A DNA stretch of 64,000 nt from an uncultured bacterium (GTDB lineage: Bacteria; Latescibacterota; MWCZ01; CAZVGZ01). The notes under the pieces were generated by a model. It searched no databases, was not told where the DNA came from, and was given only the letters and a program-made list of their open reading frames with translations. Positions within the stretch are counted from its first letter, which is position 1, and the number at the start of each line of letters is the position of its first letter. The stretch is from the NCBI GenBank assembly GCA_964627605.1, contig CAZVGZ010000007.1:8362-72361 (forward strand). The letters are read 5' to 3'. The translations under genes and the position numbers were made by a program. This document shows positions 27,589 to 37,414 of this stretch, one piece after another.

Positions 27589-30500
27589 ATGTCGAATCAG
27601 ACTGGACGATACGCCAACGACACTGGGCGCTCCTCTACCTGCGACCTCCGATGCGAGTTCAAAGACCCCGACCGCAAGTACGGTCCTGTGGATTGCTGGT
27701 GGTGGGAGGCGGCTCATCTCTCGAAAGAGAAACTGCAGCTACAGCTGGAAGACATGGCAGCGAAGGGGATCTCCGGGACCTGGTACTACCCCCGCTATGT
27801 CCGCGAAGAACCATTACGACCAGATCCGGAGTACTGGTCCGACGGCTGGTGGGACTTGACGAAGTTCTCGACTGAACAACATGATGCATGTGGATTGGTA
27901 TCGTGGATATCTGACTGGACGGCTCACCAGTGTTTCCAGGACAGACTCAGGGCGGAACGATCCGAACGACCAGAACTGCGTGGCAGACGTCTCGTTCTGT
28001 ACGAGGGGCACATACAGATGCCCCAACCGATCCACATGGAAATCCCGGCGGAAGAGCAGGTACTCCACGCTTCCGCATATGAGATGAATGACGCCGGACT
28101 GGATTATTCCTCCCGCATTGATCTGGTTGAGCACATCGACGGCAACCATCTCACATGGGATTCGCTGGGTAGTAACTGGAAAATCGTGGTAGTTGTTGCC
28201 CAGCCTCATGATCTCGATTACCTGAATCCGGTCGTGGCGAATAGCTGGATGGACCTGTTGATGGGCGAGTATGAACGTCGAATGCCCGACCAGATGGGAA
28301 CCATAGTCCAGGCATACGGTCCTGATGAAATGACCATGTTACAGGGGAACACCCTCTTCTCCCCGGAACTACTGGAACGCTTCCATACCGAAAAAGGTTA
28401 CGATCCCCTGCCGTTTCTCTCGGGCATGTTCCATGATATCGGGTCGTTCACGGATAAGATCCGGTGTGACTATTTCGACGTCATGGTCTCGCTTCTAGAT
28501 GAAAACTTCTACAAGCCCATCGCCGACTGGGTCCACAACCGAGGTATGCTCTACACGACGATCGCCACGTGGGGTCGCGAGGACCCGACCGGACAGACAT
28601 ACCACTACGGCGATTTCTTCAAGATGATGCGCCACTTCAACGTGACTGGGAACGAGGACCCGGAAGCGAAGGAAATGAAACGTCGCGCTTTCATCGACGC
28701 GAAGTTCTCCAGTTCCATCGCGCACATCTACGGTGGCGAACGAGTCGCCGTATGCGGTTACTGGGGTTCCGGCTGGGGAGTGACACAGGAAGAGAATCTC
28801 CTGTGGACGTATGCCAACTACGCATATGGCATCAACTTCTATAATCGACATGGAGGTGTATACACGCTGCTTGGTGGGTGGTACGAATGGGTACCACCAT
28901 CGGTCCATTTCTACCAGCCGTACTGGCAATACTGGCGACACTTTACCGATCACGTCCGTCGAATGAGCCATATCATGAGCCAGGGTACGCACGTCGCGGA
29001 CGTCGCGATTCTCTACCCGCTGACGACGATGCATGCCGGTTGGACCGGTGGTCAGAATTTCGCCGATACCGCACAAGAGACCTCGCTACGCACAGTGGAT
29101 CTGGCGAGAAGTATCTACTACAACGGCATCGATTTCGAATTCGTCGATGACAATTCCCTCGTTCAAGCTGAATGCGGCGACGGCATCCTCCGTATTGCGA
29201 ACATAGATCTCCAGGCGATTGTGCTTCCGTCGCTTGCGACGATTCGCAGAGACACGCTAGAAATGCTTCACCGATTTGTCGAATCAGGTGGCGTGGTCGT
29301 CGCGTTCGGGCGACTGCCGGATGCATCACCAGAAGCCGGCAGGGAAGATCCGGTTGTTCGGGCGACAATTCTGGAAATGTTCAGGGTTGAAGCTAGTGTG
29401 GCGCCATCGGACATAGCGCAGAACGAAAACCCGAGTGGTGGCAGGGCAATCTTCGTTCCAGGCGATCCCGAAGATGTCGCGACTCAGATCATGAACGCAG
29501 TTGATCGAGATCTCGTCGCGTCGCAATCGGACGTGTTCCATACGCACCAGCGTACTGGCAATCTCGATATCTATCTCATCGTTAACGTCAAGCCCGAGTC
29601 CCGGCGTATTTCGGTCAATCTGCGGACGACCGGATACCCCGAGATCTGGAACACATTCACAGGCGAGATTGAGTCTGTATATCGTTTCGAACATCGGGGT
29701 GACCGAACCGTTGTCGAACTCGACATGGATATCTACGAAGGTGTCGTGCTCGTGGTGGATCCGGATCGGGATAGCACGAGGATCATCACGGACGACCTCG
29801 ATGCCATCAAGCGGATTACCTGCGAGAACCAGATTGCGGAAGTAGATGGGGTGTGCGAAACTGGTGGCACGAAGACGATTCACCTTTTATACGATGGAAC
29901 CGAATACAACGCGGAAATCGACGTGGAAAACCCGCCAGATCCGATACTGCTTGATAGTACATGGGATGTCCGTTTGGAGCCCACGATGGACAACACATGG
30001 GGAGATTTCCGTTACCCACCCGCGAAAACTATGATTGGTCCGGAAGCCCGGACTTTCCAGTACCGCGAAGAAACGGACAAACCCGGCGCAGAGCTTGGGT
30101 GGCACGAGCCTCGGTTCGACGACGCGGACTGGGAGCGAGTCACGTGTGGGTACGGGCCCTACTGGTGGACACTCGGACCATTCGGCGTGGATCACGAGCC
30201 GAAGCAGGTACTTGATGACACGATCAGGGACAACTTCGATCCGAACCTGTCGATGAATGCCGCCGGACGTCCGATCGCATGGCAACCACTCGTGTTCTCG
30301 CTCAAACATGGCGCGGAATTCCCGGAGCGATCGTGGGGTGGGTTGGAAGGAGTCCGTGACGAGTTTCTCACCTGTCCGGAAGTTGCTGGCGAGAACGACG
30401 CAGTGCGGTATCTCTTCACGTGCATCAACGTATCGGAAAAGACGGATTGGCATTTCGATCTTGGTCGATTACTGGTCGAATATCACCAGGTGGTTGGTGC

Positions 30501-31431
30501 CGTTTCATTTGCGCGAGACGCATGGATCAACGGTGAGCAAGTTGTCTCGGCGACCGTCAATGATCCGCTGGAGACGGTACCTGTGACACTGCACAAGGGG
30601 TTGAATGCGGTTCTGCTGCGGATCGTTCAGCCCAAAGGCGCTACGGTGAGTTTTCACGCGGCGTTCGTAGATCCGGATGCCGTTCCGGAATTCGATCCGT
30701 ATGTACCTTTGCTGAGATGGTTTCGCGAACCGCCAGTCCTGGCGCAGGAGGTCACCCCCGACGAGCAACGCGTAGGCTGGTTCCGATTCACTGCTCCTCC
30801 GGGACTCACGTCGATGCGAACGAAGATGTTCGCGGAACATATTCAGGCGTGGATTGGTGGGAACCAGGTCCTCGATCAGGCCGTCGAATGCTCGCCGGAA
30901 CAGAAAGAGTCCACCGAGATCGAGGTCTCGCTTGAATCTCCCATCAACCGGTGTTCACAGATCGCATTCCGTGTCGAGATGGCACCAACCTGCTACGCGG
31001 GAGCGGTATTCGACGAATACGTGAGTTTCGCCTGCGAAACTGCCCAGATTGAGATCGGCGACTGGTGTAGACAGGGTCTGGAATGCTATTCGGGCGGCGC
31101 GATCTACTCTACGTCAGTGACACTGGATACGATCGACTCCGACATGCGAATCACCCTCGATCTCGGGAATGTCGGAATCGTCGCCGAGGTATTCATCAAC
31201 GGCGAATCGGCGGGTGTACGCATGGCGAGGCCATACCGGTTCGACGTCACCTATCTCATGAAAGCGGGCGCAAACACACTTGAAGTAAAGGTCGTCAACA
31301 CCCTCGCCAACCACATGACGAGTTATCCGACCGAACGAATTCACACCGGGCAGACCGTATCCGGTTTGCTGGGTCCGGTGGAGATCAGGTTTTCACGTCT
31401 GGTGAGGGCGTCCGTGGATCCGGCGACCTAG
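27589..31431 (+). CDS. Large (1280 aa) cytoplasmic multidomain glycoside-hydrolase-like protein with C-terminal GH2-type sugar-binding beta-sandwich (possibly GH106-like)
   Basis: Start is ATG at 27589 with a GGAAAGAGGTGG Shine-Dalgarno. There is no signal peptide. The C-terminal NGESAGV...DVTYLMKAGANTLEVKVVN...GLLGPVEI matches the GH2 N-terminal/sugar-binding jelly-roll signature. Several beta-sandwich and TIM-like regions are present. The exact family is not determinable by eye. Confidence 0.65.
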   Translation: MSNQTGRYANDTGRSSTCDLRCEFKDPDRKYGPVDCWWWEAAHLSKEKLQLQLEDMAAKGISGTWYYPRYVREEPLRPDPEYWSDGWWDLTKFSTEQHDACGLVSWISDWTAHQCFQDRLRAERSERPELRGRRLVLYEGHIQMPQPIHMEIPAEEQVLHASAYEMNDAGLDYSSRIDLVEHIDGNHLTWDSLGSNWKIVVVVAQPHDLDYLNPVVANSWMDLLMGEYERRMPDQMGTIVQAYGPDEMTMLQGNTLFSPELLERFHTEKGYDPLPFLSGMFHDIGSFTDKIRCDYFDVMVSLLDENFYKPIADWVHNRGMLYTTIATWGREDPTGQTYHYGDFFKMMRHFNVTGNEDPEAKEMKRRAFIDAKFSSSIAHIYGGERVAVCGYWGSGWGVTQEENLLWTYANYAYGINFYNRHGGVYTLLGGWYEWVPPSVHFYQPYWQYWRHFTDHVRRMSHIMSQGTHVADVAILYPLTTMHAGWTGGQNFADTAQETSLRTVDLARSIYYNGIDFEFVDDNSLVQAECGDGILRIANIDLQAIVLPSLATIRRDTLEMLHRFVESGGVVVAFGRLPDASPEAGREDPVVRATILEMFRVEASVAPSDIAQNENPSGGRAIFVPGDPEDVATQIMNAVDRDLVASQSDVFHTHQRTGNLDIYLIVNVKPESRRISVNLRTTGYPEIWNTFTGEIESVYRFEHRGDRTVVELDMDIYEGVVLVVDPDRDSTRIITDDLDAIKRITCENQIAEVDGVCETGGTKTIHLLYDGTEYNAEIDVENPPDPILLDSTWDVRLEPTMDNTWGDFRYPPAKTMIGPEARTFQYREETDKPGAELGWHEPRFDDADWERVTCGYGPYWWTLGPFGVDHEPKQVLDDTIRDNFDPNLSMNAAGRPIAWQPLVFSLKHGAEFPERSWGGLEGVRDEFLTCPEVAGENDAVRYLFTCINVSEKTDWHFDLGRLLVEYHQVVGAVSFARDAWINGEQVVSATVNDPLETVPVTLHKGLNAVLLRIVQPKGATVSFHAAFVDPDAVPEFDPYVPLLRWFREPPVLAQEVTPDEQRVGWFRFTAPPGLTSMRTKMFAEHIQAWIGGNQVLDQAVECSPEQKESTEIEVSLESPINRCSQIAFRVEMAPTCYAGAVFDEYVSFACETAQIEIGDWCRQGLECYSGGAIYSTSVTLDTIDSDMRITLDLGNVGIVAEVFINGESAGVRMARPYRFDVTYLMKAGANTLEVKVVNTLANHMTSYPTERIHTGQTVSGLLGPVEIRFSRLVRASVDPAT

Positions 31432-31860
31432 GTACTGCTCCGTTCATTACGAGCGAATCGCGACAACGATGCACGCGATTTGAAGCGGTATCCTGTCATA
31501 TACAGATCACATCGATTCGCATGAGCTCGGCGAGTTGATGCAACTCGTGTCGTACGTCGCCGCGCACAGTGATGCCGTGGTGCGGCACGCCGGTCTTGAG
31601 CAGTGCTTCCGCCTGCTACTTTACCGGACGCTTCATCTTTACCATGGCATGCACGTCGTTGATCGGGAGTGGTTCCAGATTGAGTATCTCGCCGCCGATG
31701 ACGATCATCTTCCAGCTATTTGCACGGCGTTATCGTGCCGATGTATACACCCGCTACCTCTGACGGTGGGCTCGACGAGGGAGGGATTCGCACCTACACT
31801 GACTGGCTCATTGAGACGGAGACGATAACGACGCTCTTTCCCCGGAGCGGCCTTGGATAA

Positions 31861-32130
31861 ATGTATCGCTTTCGCGTCGATCAAGTGCGCCGCATCATCG
31901 ATATCGACGGCGACGGGGCGCTCGAGTATGTGCTGTGCACGCAGCGCGGCAATCTGCTGACGTTCAGCAGCGCTGGAGAGGTGATCTACGACCACCAGTT
32001 CGACAATCGCACCATCAACGTCACAACGGCCTTTGGTGACATCGTGAGAGACCGCCCCGGCTTGGAATTCGCGGTAACCGGTGGCGAATCTCGCGTAGGC
32101 TTGCACGCAGCAATCAGATCACTCTCTTGA
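31861..32130 (+). CDS. Orphan FG-GAP/VCBS-like repeat fragment (89 aa), probably a gene remnant
   Basis: DIDGDGALEYVL...GEVIYD...FGDIVRDRPGLEFAVTGG resembles FG-GAP repeats. It lies in a 1.1-kb poorly coding gap between the GH gene and the sulfatase. Confidence 0.2.
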   Translation: MYRFRVDQVRRIIDIDGDGALEYVLCTQRGNLLTFSSAGEVIYDHQFDNRTINVTTAFGDIVRDRPGLEFAVTGGESRVGLHAAIRSLS

Positions 32131-32614
32131 GTTCCTTGGAAACTTCATTGCCGAGGACATTGACGGCCTTCCCAATCGGACCGGCCCCAACTTGGTGGAC
32201 TTCTTCTATATTTTTTTGGCTTCAACGATATTTACTCGCGGGGAGGTGGACTACCGACTCGACGGATATACACCTAAGAAGGAATCCGCGAGATCAGTTG
32301 ACGCGGCATATTGGGGGATGTCATCACCAGAGCAATGGAGCCGCGCGAGTTTTCCAATTCTGAAAAAGCGTGTATTGCGCCTACCGCATACTCCGAGTTG
32401 TAGTGATTGATCTAAATACCGAGGGTATACTTGCGTAGTTTGATGGGGCGACCACATCTAGGAGCGCACTACTCCAAAATTCTTGGCTAGATGCGCCTGC
32501 CCTGACCAAACAGTCTGAAAAAAGAAAGCGCCCTAGGAAGCGACAGTTCCGCAAAAAGGTTTGCTGACAGGGCCCGAAGCCGAGAACAGAGACGCCAGAG
32601 AGGACCAGCCGCAC

Positions 32615-33985
32615 ATGCATCACCCAAACGTGGTCGTAATGCTGATGGACAACTTGGGATACGGAGACCTGGAGTGTTACGGGTCGACACAGCACCGGAC
32701 GCCAAACATCGATCGACTGGCCCTGACGGGCATGCGGCTTACCAGTTTCTACAGCACGAGCGGTGTGTGTACGCCCTCACGGGCAAGCTTGATGACAGGG
32801 TGCTATCCGCGCCGGGTGAACATGCATGTTGGCGGACACGGTAGCTGCGTGTTGATGCCTGTCGATCCCAAAGGAATTCACCCCGACGAGTTGACGCTTG
32901 CCGACCTACTGCGCAACCAAGGCTACGTAACCGCTTGCGTCGGGAAATGGCACCTTGGCGACCAACCGGAGTTTCTGCCGACCAGACACGGGTTCGACGA
33001 ATTCTTCGGATGCTCTTACAGTGAGGACATGGTGGCGACCGACCTCCATCCAGAGAGGCCACCGCTGCCGCTGATGCGTGGCGAGACCGTCATCGAAGCG
33101 CCTGCAGACCGCGACAGCTTGACGAAGCGCTACACCGAGGAGGGCGTTCAGTTCATTGAGCGGAACAAAAACCGCCCGTTCTTCCTTTATCTCTCCCACG
33201 CCATGCCAGGCAGCACCGACCGCCCGTTCTCCAGCCCTGCGTTTCAAGGCAGGTCCCCCAATGGCCCTTACGGCGATGCGGTCGAAGAACTCGACTGGTC
33301 GTGCGGGCAGATCATGGAGACGCTGACCGAGCACGGCCTCGACGAGAACACACTCGTGATATGGAGTTCGGACAACGGAGCGGTAAAATGGGATCCGCCG
33401 CAGGGAAGCAACGCGCCGCTTCGTGGTTGGGGCTACGACACGTCCGAGGGCGGTCAGCGGATGCCAAGCATCGTTCGCTGGCCGGGAGTGGTGCCCGCAC
33501 GGGCCGTGCGAGACGATGTGACAACCATGATGGACATCATGCCCACAGCCGTGCAGGTCGCAGGAGGCGAGCTGCCTACCGACAGGACCATCGACGGCCA
33601 CGACATCCGAGCCATCCTCTTGGGCGATGCCGATGCGGTGTCGCCATACGACGAGCAGGGGTTCTTCTACTATCACATGCACCAGTTGCAGGCGGTGCGT
33701 TCCGGCCAGTGGAAACTGTACTTGCCATTGGCGAACAAGATAGAGGACCTGCGTGGCGACTATGACAACGGCCGGAGCACTACCGCCGAACTATACGACG
33801 TTCGGCACGATGTGGGCGAGACGCGGAACGTAGTGGCCGAGCTCCCGGATGTGGTCGCGCTGTTGACAGCCCTCGCCGACAGCGCACGGCGCGACCTTGG
33901 CGACTGGGATCGGGAGGGCTCGGATCAGCGGCCAGCAGGCTGGGTCGATGATCCAACACCGCAAGTGCTGTCGTCGCCAAATTGA
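32615..33985 (+). CDS. Cys-type sulfatase (arylsulfatase family), no signal peptide
   Basis: Start is ATG at 32615 (MHHPNVVVMLMDNLGYGD). The formylglycine motif CTPSRASLMTG is present, along with metal ligands (DN...D) and the GKWHLG motif. The 3' end contains copy 1 of the 56-bp repeat. Confidence 0.9.
   Translation: MHHPNVVVMLMDNLGYGDLECYGSTQHRTPNIDRLALTGMRLTSFYSTSGVCTPSRASLMTGCYPRRVNMHVGGHGSCVLMPVDPKGIHPDELTLADLLRNQGYVTACVGKWHLGDQPEFLPTRHGFDEFFGCSYSEDMVATDLHPERPPLPLMRGETVIEAPADRDSLTKRYTEEGVQFIERNKNRPFFLYLSHAMPGSTDRPFSSPAFQGRSPNGPYGDAVEELDWSCGQIMETLTEHGLDENTLVIWSSDNGAVKWDPPQGSNAPLRGWGYDTSEGGQRMPSIVRWPGVVPARAVRDDVTTMMDIMPTAVQVAGGELPTDRTIDGHDIRAILLGDADAVSPYDEQGFFYYHMHQLQAVRSGQWKLYLPLANKIEDLRGDYDNGRSTTAELYDVRHDVGETRNVVAELPDVVALLTALADSARRDLGDWDREGSDQRPAGWVDDPTPQVLSSPN
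33863..33918 (+). repeat. 56-bp direct repeat copy 1 (inside sulfatase 3' end)
   Basis: TTGACAGCCCTCGCCGACAGCGCACGGCGCGACCTTGGCGACTGGGATCGGGAGGG is 54/56 identical to 36270-36325. The 9-mer TTGACAGCC occurs a third time at 33980, overlapping the sulfatase stop codon. Confidence 0.8.
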
Positions 33986-34340
33986 CAGCCGATTCGCGAT
34001 CCCTATTTTCGTTTCTAACACAAGCCAGCTCCTGCCGTTAACTCTAGACACTGACTTCAGACGGGGTCAGTCATAGGAGTCAATGCAACGTATGTACAAC
34101 AGAGGGTTAGAAGAGGTTCAGAGCGGACCTGTTTTTGGGGACACTCACTAGTTGCACGATCGGCAACTCCACTGTAGGCCTCACACGTCGGGTGGCACCC
34201 CCTTTGGGGTACGTATAGCTTTGTATATGTATTGAGGATGGAAATCGCGCTACGGTGATATGCTAATGCTCAAGATACTTCCATCAACAGGGCAGAGCGA
34301 GACTGTTGCAATCGTAGGTGCATGCGAACGGGACCAATGA

Positions 34341-36260
34341 ATGAAGATGGGAAAACGCTATATCGGAGTCGTCTGCATCCTGACCGCATGGGCTGTTGCG
34401 CTGTTTCTCTGGGATAAGGGCGCTCAAACCAACCCGATCGCACTACTCACACCCGCTAGGATAGCGGAAAATCCGTTCGTGGGTATCTACCGATTTGTTG
34501 GATTGCCAACCTATCTCATCCACAGATGGATGGGCGTCGCAACATACGGTTTCCCGGTCCTGCTTCTACACATCGGATGGCGCCTGGCGCGGGGAGCGAA
34601 TTCAGTCGAGATTTGGCGGCGTGCGCTCATGGCGCTACTGCTCATATTCGACCTGAGCCTCTTGGGATCGATCTACGACAGACTGCTTGGTACCGCAGAA
34701 GATGCCAGCGGGGGTCCATTTGGTGCGCTGGCGTTAGATGCGATTGCCAAAGCCGCAGGCACTCCCATCGGTGCGATCCTGGTAATCGTCGCCAACTGGT
34801 TTGGATTGCGATGGTCAGGGATCGCTGATAGCCTGGGTATACCGAGGATTGAGGCCGAGAGGCTTGGATCGGGCCTGAGGGAGGGCTGCAGAGCCATCTG
34901 GGCTCACCTCAGCGGATTCGTAAAAGGGGTGGCGGGCTCAACCCCAACGAAGAGTCGGCGACGAGCGCCTCCCAGAAAAGAAGCGCAGCAAAAACAAGGC
35001 AGCCGCAGCAAGTTGACATCACAGGTGTCAGACGCATCATACCCCAAAGGGGAATCGACCGATACCACAGGAATGATCCACGATTCAGACTCATCGCGAA
35101 CCGTGTTTGAGACTTGTGAATTGAACAAACGGCGGCGCTCTGCTAAGTCACCACCGCCATCCTCAATCATAGATGCCGAATCGCGAGCCGATGCCTACGC
35201 AGAGGACGAGTCGCTCGCGGCGATTGCCGAGGCGATTGTTGGTAAGTTACGGGAATTCAAGGTTGACGGTGATATAGCGGGCCACGTAGTCGGTCCCCTC
35301 GTCACGCGGTACGAACTGAGATTGGCGCCAGGCGTGAAGATCAGTCAGGTGAGAAACCTGTCCGACGACCTTGCCGTCGCCCTCGGTTCTCCCTCTGTGA
35401 GGTTCGAAATCCCGATTCCCGGAAAGAACACAATCGGCATCGAGATCCCCAACACCGCACCGACGGTTGTGCCACTCCATGGCTTGATCGACGGTTGGGA
35501 GGACGAGTCGCCGTTAGCTTTCCCGCTTGGCGTGGATGTCGTCGGTGCGCCCAAATTCGGCGACCTGGGTAAAATGCCACATCTTCTTGTGGCTGGAGCG
35601 ACCAACTCTGGCAAAAGCGTGTTTCTTAACGCTCTGCTAAGCAGCCTGCTCCTTAAGAGCGGTACTCAAGACTTGCGCCTTATTCTGTCCGACGTGAAAC
35701 GCACGGAACTCACACCCTACGATGGCATACCGCACCTGCTCTGTCCGGTGTTGACAGAGCCCAAAGCTGCTGAGGAAGCCCTTGAGTGGGCGGTTCAAGA
35801 GATGGACTCTCGTTTCGAGACGGTAACCGCCACCCACAGCCGAAACATCAGCGAGTACAATGCGGGGTGCAGCGAAGTCGAACAGCGGCTACCATACCTG
35901 GTCGTGATCGTCGACGAGCTCGCCGATCTGATGATGCAGGCCGACAAAGGGCTCGAGCAAAATATCGTGCGGCTAGCTCAGAAGGCTCGCGCCGTGGGAA
36001 TCCACCTCATTCTGGCCACGCAGAGGCCATCCACCGATGTTGTCACCGGAATGATAAAAGCCAACTTCCCAAGCCGGATAGCATTCCACGTCTCCAGCAT
36101 GGTCGATTCCCGCGTCGTGTTGGATGAGAACGGAGCCGAGAAACTCGTCGGTCGCGGCGACATGTTGTATAAATCTGCTCAGGGGCATGAGCTTACTCGA
36201 TTGCACGGCGCCTTCATCAGCACAGACGAAACCATGCGGATTGTTTCTCACTGGTGTTAG
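34341..36260 (+). CDS. ftsK: DNA translocase FtsK/SpoIIIE (4-TM N-domain + linker + alpha/beta motor), lacking gamma domain
   Basis: The N-terminal membrane domain is present. Walker A is GATNSGKS. Motor motifs are VVIVDELADLMM, LILATQRPSTDVVTG and GRGDMLY. The ORF stops at ...RLHGAFISTDETMRIVSHWC*, exactly where the gamma winged-helix domain normally begins. Confidence 0.9.
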   Translation: MKMGKRYIGVVCILTAWAVALFLWDKGAQTNPIALLTPARIAENPFVGIYRFVGLPTYLIHRWMGVATYGFPVLLLHIGWRLARGANSVEIWRRALMALLLIFDLSLLGSIYDRLLGTAEDASGGPFGALALDAIAKAAGTPIGAILVIVANWFGLRWSGIADSLGIPRIEAERLGSGLREGCRAIWAHLSGFVKGVAGSTPTKSRRRAPPRKEAQQKQGSRSKLTSQVSDASYPKGESTDTTGMIHDSDSSRTVFETCELNKRRRSAKSPPPSSIIDAESRADAYAEDESLAAIAEAIVGKLREFKVDGDIAGHVVGPLVTRYELRLAPGVKISQVRNLSDDLAVALGSPSVRFEIPIPGKNTIGIEIPNTAPTVVPLHGLIDGWEDESPLAFPLGVDVVGAPKFGDLGKMPHLLVAGATNSGKSVFLNALLSSLLLKSGTQDLRLILSDVKRTELTPYDGIPHLLCPVLTEPKAAEEALEWAVQEMDSRFETVTATHSRNISEYNAGCSEVEQRLPYLVVIVDELADLMMQADKGLEQNIVRLAQKARAVGIHLILATQRPSTDVVTGMIKANFPSRIAFHVSSMVDSRVVLDENGAEKLVGRGDMLYKSAQGHELTRLHGAFISTDETMRIVSHWC

Positions 36261-36269
36261 TCGATGGAT

Positions 36270-36325
36270 TTGACAGCCCTTGCCGACAGCGCACGGCACG
36301 ACCTTGGCGACTGGGATCGGGAGGG
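36270..36325 (+). repeat. 56-bp direct repeat copy 2 (9 nt after ftsK stop, same reading frame as ftsK)
   Basis: TTGACAGCCCTTGCCGACAGCGCACGGCACGACCTTGGCGACTGGGATCGGGAGGG. The flanking sequence on both sides is unrelated to copy 1. Confidence 0.8.
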
Positions 36326-36520
36326 GATGGAGTTCAACAACTCTCTCATCGTCTGCAAAGATTCGTGTCATCAAGTTACACTACCGGACACCTGAGGCTT
36401 GCTGGAACTGTCGCACCCGAACGTTGTAGTCTCCGCAGTAAAACCGGGAGAAGACGGTGCGATGACTGGCAATGCGTGTACCCGACAGTTGTTTACCTAT
36501 CACGATTGGAACAGAAAGAG

Positions 36521-37411
36521 ATGGCACTAGTACCTGCGAAAGAGTTGTTGAGGGAAGCCCGGGCAAGCGGCTATGCCGTGGGTTACTTTGAGAGCTGGAA
36601 CTTGGAGTCATTGCAGGGCGTAATCGACGCCGCCGAGGAAACCAGGTCGCCCATAATAGTAGGTTTCAGCGGGGACTTCCTCAGCCATGCGGGGCGGGTG
36701 TCCACGGAGCGGCTATCATGGTACGCCGCGCTTGGTCGTGCTGCGGCTGAATCCGCCTCGGTGCCATGCGCACTGCTGTTTAACGAATGCGCTCAGGACG
36801 ACTGGATTATCGAGGCTATGGATTCTGGTTTCAGCCAGGTCATGCTCGATGATCCAGCAGCAACACGCGGTGACCTTGTCAGCCGCTTGAGGCGGTTGAC
36901 AGAGTACGCGGGGCCGCGTGGCGTGGCGGTAGAGGCGGAGATCGGTAATCTACCAAGCGGTGCTTCGGGCGAGATAGAAGATGTTGACTCGGGGCTGACC
37001 GACCCCGACATGGCTGCCCAGTTTGTGCGAGAAACCGGGATCGATGTGCTTGGTGTCAGTGTGGGCAACGTTCACATTCTGCTCAATGGTGATCGAAGTC
37101 TGGATTTGGACCGCCTCGCGGCAATCGCTTCAAGAGTCGATATCCCCCTCGATCTTCATGGCGGAACCGGCATCGTTGCAGACGACCTCAAGAAAGCGAT
37201 CTCTCTCGGGGTGGCGAAGGTCTGCTACGGCACGTATATAAAACAGCGATATCTTAGGGATGTGCGTGCGACGCTGACGGGCGATGAAATCAATCCCCAT
37301 CAACTCCTGGGTATGGGTGGAGACGCGGATGTGATGGTGGTCGGTCGCAGGGCGGTGCGCGACGCTGTGTTGGAGCGCATAGGGCTGCTCGGTTGCTGCG
37401 GGAGGGCGTGA
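36521..37411 (+). CDS. Class II ketose-bisphosphate aldolase family protein (FbaA/GatY/IolJ-like)
   Basis: Start is ATG at 36521. The N-terminus is MALVPAKELLREARASGYAVGYFESWNLESLQGVIDAAEETRSPIIVGFS. The metal-binding H residues and the DLHGGTG motif are typical of class II aldolases. Confidence 0.85.
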   Translation: MALVPAKELLREARASGYAVGYFESWNLESLQGVIDAAEETRSPIIVGFSGDFLSHAGRVSTERLSWYAALGRAAAESASVPCALLFNECAQDDWIIEAMDSGFSQVMLDDPAATRGDLVSRLRRLTEYAGPRGVAVEAEIGNLPSGASGEIEDVDSGLTDPDMAAQFVRETGIDVLGVSVGNVHILLNGDRSLDLDRLAAIASRVDIPLDLHGGTGIVADDLKKAISLGVAKVCYGTYIKQRYLRDVRATLTGDEINPHQLLGMGGDADVMVVGRRAVRDAVLERIGLLGCCGRA

Positions 37412-37414
37412 GTA

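Noticed and set aside
29326-30453. Two minus-strand ORFs (185 and 188 aa) inside the 1280-aa GH gene
   Set aside because: Antisense frames within a well-supported long CDS.
35973-36374. 133-aa minus-strand ORF spanning the ftsK 3' end and the 56-bp repeat
   Set aside because: Antisense to the FtsK motor domain. No homology.
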